Part shown: one piece after another, positions 31,029 through 34,349 of the stretch
How the letters are laid out: every line of letters starts with the position of its first letter
Position numbering within the stretch: the stretch's first letter is position 1
Origin: Octopus bimaculoides
Lineage: Eukaryota
Assembly: GCF_001194135.2 (NCBI RefSeq)
Contig: NC_068982.1
Coordinates: 14,159,669 to 14,194,017 of the forward strand
Length of the DNA: 34,349 bases
Direction of reading: 5' to 3'
Notes under the pieces: generated by a model
What the model was told of the DNA's origin: nothing
What the model saw: only the letters and a program-made list of their open reading frames with translations
Databases searched by the model: none
Program-made: the position numbers and the translations under genes

Positions 31029-31303
31029 TGTGGAGGCACGTGGCTTAGTGGTTAGGGTATCATCATCATGATCATAAGATTGTGGTTTCGATTCCACGAC
31101 TGGGCGACGCATTGTGTCCTTGAGCAAAACACTTCATTTCATGTTGCTCCAGTCCACTCAGCTGGCAAAAATGAGTAACGCTGCGGTGGACTGGCGTCCC
31201 GTCCAGCTGGGGAACACATACGCCATTGAAACCGGGAAACCGGGCCCATAAGCCTGGCTAAGCTTTAAAAGGGCACATTTATTTATTTATTTATTTATCT
31301 ATT
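31029..31303 (+). mobile_element. V-domain-like tRNA SINE, (TTTA)n tail, 13-bp TSD
   Basis: TGGCTTAGTGG A box, GGTTTCGATTCC B box, TTGTGTCCTTGAGCAAAACACTT, GGACTGGCGTCCCGTCCAG; TATAACTAATAAG at 31016-31028 and 31304-31316. Confidence 0.8.
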
Positions 31304-31559
31304 TATAACTAATAAGCATAATTCTAACAATATTTAAACCACTTCAGCTAAACAGAGATGCCTGCATCACTGTAGCTTTAGTCATCTGCAAACAGCAAGA
31401 AGAAAAAGACTCACTTTACAACTGTCATGTTGCTTAGGTTAAAACATCTTTTTCATATTTCAATCATTTTTTTCATGGCTTTTTTTCAATGTATGCATGC
31501 AACATATTGTTTTATTGTACCTTATGTTATATTGCAATGCTTCTTTAATGATTTTATGT

Positions 31560-32440
31560 ATAGATTTAAATGATAAATCAAAATAGATGCTGTTAAAAAA
31601 ATGGCCTCTTCTCTTTTACTTACAGATCTTCACATCATTTGAAGCAATGGTTTCTTCTAGGAGACATACAGCAAGCCTGGATAACTTTGTAACATTTGTG
31701 GTGTGTTTATGGCTAAGAGACATCAGAGAAATGTTACTGAATTTGTCAAAAAAATCTTAGTATGCCTTTTTTGGTGTGAAATTATGAGACTAAGATAAGA
31801 AACAGGGCTTCTCATAAACACCTGTTCAGCTTGTGTTGAAGAACTAAGACAATGGACTAAATGTACAAAGAAGCCTTTTCATTCTGGGGTTCCAATGATA
31901 TGGAGAGAGATTAAAAATCACAGATATAAATGCTACTTTTGCTCATGTAAGATGCAGGAACACAATTTGAAGAGTAGGAAAAACATTGTTTATCCAAATA
32001 TCTCAAGTTCATTGCAACTCTTTTAGTTCATTGTGTATAATTCTATGGATATCATAACTGCAAAAAAGAATTTGTTCCTTATTTTGCTCAAGAAAATGAT
32101 TTGGTTTAATAAGACTAGTAAGCAGATTTGGCATAAACTATAGCCCTGACAAATGCAGACTCATCATAGTCTCTTCAAAGAGAAGTCTTAAAGTTGTTCT
32201 ACTGCATAATGATGATAAATACGCTTCCAATCCAGTTCAACACTCAGTGATTATGAAGGAAACAGGAAAATATGATGTTACTCTTACACAAGATTAAATT
32301 CAAAGATCACAACTGGGTGATTTGCTGTGACTTGAAAATAATTTGTAAGTTGCTTCGAACACAGTCAGGATATATAAACTTTCCTTGTATCTTGTGTGAA
32401 TGGAGCAGCAGAGCCAGGGATTTCCATTGGTCTAAAAATG
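31560..32440 (+). mobile_element. Chapaev3-like (CMC) transposase relic, decayed and internally deleted
   Basis: From ATG 31647: MVSSRRH..LDNF / CNICG...RNVTEFVKK / CSACVEELRQWTK...GVPMIWRE.KNH..CYFC / SSKRSLKVVLLHN / DHNWVICCDLKII.KLL.TQSGY.NFPCILCEWSSRARDFHW. Confidence 0.75.
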
Positions 32441-32448
32441 GTGTGTGT

Positions 32449-32489
<41 letters not shown>

Positions 32490-32650
32490 ATTTTGTCCCT
32501 CAGTACTACTGCTTCACAACCCATGTGCTGGTGGGGTGGAATAAGATGATAGAATAAGTACCAGGTTTTAAAAAAATTCATTCAACTAAAACCCTTTGAG
32601 GTGATGCCCCAGCATGGCTGCAGTCCAATGACTGAAACAAATAAGCAATA
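32441..32650 (+). mobile_element. CORE-type SINE 3' half, degenerate
   Basis: (TG)n, then GATAGAATAAGTACCAGG and CCCAGCATGGCTGCAGTCCAATGACTGAAACAA. Confidence 0.65.
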
Positions 32651-32698
32651 CAAGATTTATATATTTTATACAGATTTACTTAAACATTGAATGTTTAA

Positions 32699-32925
32699 TC
32701 CTTTCGTTACCAAACCGGCTGAAACCGGCTCTGACTCTGTAGTACATATGTCTTGTTTTCATAAGTTTTAAATAAAAATCTTCTACCAAACCTTAGTCAC
32801 AATTTATGTTCCTAACACTAACACTAGCTTAATGATAACTAAGTTATTTTTCTAAATTCATTGTTATATTTAAAATCAATTGAAAGAAACACAGAGCATC
32901 TCAACAGAATATGGTACGCAAAGGG
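32699..32925. mobile_element. piggyBac-type MITE
   Basis: TTAA|TCCTTTCGTTACC...GGTACGCAAAGGG|TTAA. Confidence 0.8.
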
Positions 32926-32945
32926 TTAACAAATGATTAATTTAA

Positions 32946-33004
32946 CCCTTAAATTAATTGAAAGAAACACAGAGCATCTCAAAATAAATACAGTACCGAA
33001 AGGG
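32946..33004. mobile_element. 59-bp mini-derivative of the adjacent piggyBac-type MITE
   Basis: TTAA|CCCTT-AAATTAATTGAAAGAAACACAGAGCATCTCAA...GTACCGAAAGGG|TTAA duplicates the right end of 32699-32925. Confidence 0.65.
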
Positions 33005-33091
33005 TTAAAACTATTTCACTGCAAAAGCAAAGTTTTTCAAAATGTTCGTTTTAGTTCAATTCAAGTTTAATTAAATTCAAATGACTGTTAA

Positions 33092-33141
<50 letters not shown>

Positions 33142-33164
33142 AAGATATGGAGTTAATCAATAAC

Positions 33165-33330
33165 ATCAACACCACTACTTGACTGGTACTCTATGCTATT
33201 ACCTCCAGGGGGGATGAAACACAACATTAACCTTGGTAGGAACTGAACTCTGTATGCAAGGAGCTTTAACAAATACCACAAAGCATATTTTCCTACACTC
33301 CAATAATTCTACTAGCTTACTGCCGCCTTC
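33165..33330 (-). mobile_element. Meta-domain SINE, degenerate, preceded by (GAT)n at 33090-33141
   Basis: CTGGTACT...GGATGAAA..CAA...TGAACTC...TTCTACTAGCTTACTGCCGCCTT. Confidence 0.55.
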
Positions 33331-33684
33331 TAAATTCCAATTCTACCAGCCACTTCTTCAAACAGAAGAGGAAGCCAAAAATCATGTTTGCTTTGTTAGA
33401 TGCCAGCAAGAAATTTGAAATCAATAGAAATCGATAACAAAAGATAAGTACAATGAACTGTCTGATTTCGGTGCTATTAACACTCCTCTTGTTGAAATTC
33501 AAATCACTTTTTAGAAATTTAATATCGAAACGTATGATTATCAATCAGATTTTGGCCTTTGTTTAAAAACACCTGAAACTTGATCAGAAAATTAACTATG
33601 TATCAGGAATAATTTGGCTAAAGAAATTGTCTCTGGTAGAAAATATTAGGAAAAAAACATCTTATGACTTCAGACATGTCTGTT

Positions 33685-33835
33685 AGGTGTTAAGAAGTTT
33701 GCTTCTTTGAAATCAGATGGTCGTGGGTTCAGTACCACTGGGCAACACTTTGGGTAAGTGTCATCAACTATAGCAGCAGGCCAATAAATTCCTTGTGAGT
33801 AAATTTTGTAGATGGAAACTCTGTGGAATCCATTC
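33685..33835 (+). mobile_element. CORE-type SINE 5' half
   Basis: GGGTTCAGTACCACTG, TTGGGTAAGTGTC, TTGTGAGTAAATTTTGTAGATGGAAACT. Confidence 0.7.
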
Positions 33836-33901
33836 TTCTCTCTCTCTCTCTCTCTCTCTCTTCATATATACATACATACATACATACATACNNNNNNNNN
33901 N

Positions 33902-33964
<63 letters not shown>

Positions 33965-33969
33965 ATATA

Positions 33970-34018
<49 letters not shown>

Positions 34019-34022
34019 CAAA

Positions 34023-34284
34023 TCAAATCAAATGGAAATTGTAGTTGTGACCCCTGTGCCGGTAGCACGTAAAAAGCACCATCTGAACGTGGTCAATGCC
34101 AGCTCCTCTGGCCCCTGTGCTGGTGGCACTCTCGGAGTGGTTGGCGTTAGGAATGGCATCCAGCAGTAGAAACACTGCCAGTTCAGATTGGGGCCTGGTG
34201 CAGCCTCCTGGCTTCCCAGACCCCAGTCGAACCATCCAACCCATGCCAGCATGGAAACGGACATTAAACAATGATGATGATGAT

Positions 34285-34285
<1 letters not shown>
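34023..34285 (+). mobile_element. RTE-like non-autonomous element, (GAT)n tail
   Basis: GCACGTAAAAAGCACC, GTGGTTGGCGTTAGGAATGGCATCCAGCAG, GCATGGAAACGGACATTAAACAATGATGATG. Confidence 0.85.
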
Positions 34286-34315
<30 letters not shown>

Positions 34316-34349
34316 CATCATCATCGTTTAACGTCCGCTTTCCATGCTA
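34316..34349 (-). mobile_element. 3' end of another RTE-like copy, runs off the window
   Basis: ATCATCATCATCGTTTAACGTCCGCTTTCCATGCTA. Confidence 0.75.

Overview
Eukaryotic, AT-rich, non-coding DNA. About 3.6 kb is N gaps in 11 blocks, most of them inside microsatellites. The interspersed repeats match what I recall of octopus (coleoid cephalopod) genomes; this is an inference, not a database match. I recognise no intact host protein-coding gene, RNA gene or CRISPR array. Most ORFs in the supplied track are microsatellite or N artefacts. The window is a mosaic of three tRNA-derived SINE types (CORE-like, Meta-domain-like, V-domain-like), an RTE-like non-autonomous retroelement with a (GAT)n tail and a 65-bp tandem unit, and mariner, piggyBac-type and foldback MITEs. 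It also holds decayed Dong/R4, Tc1/mariner (maT/DUF4817-like) and Chapaev3-like coding relics. The best lead is an inverted element at 9883-10190. Both its arms carry a minimal type I hammerhead-ribozyme-like motif with a U3-A8 core covariation, and the right arm continues into a GT donor and an ORF start. That ORF start is conserved, with mostly synonymous changes, in a diverged second copy at 20035-20372, which suggests a Penelope-like retroelement family. The window is also rich in long inverted repeats that could form dsRNA. SINE family names come from recalled domain motifs, and boundaries of degenerate copies are approximate.
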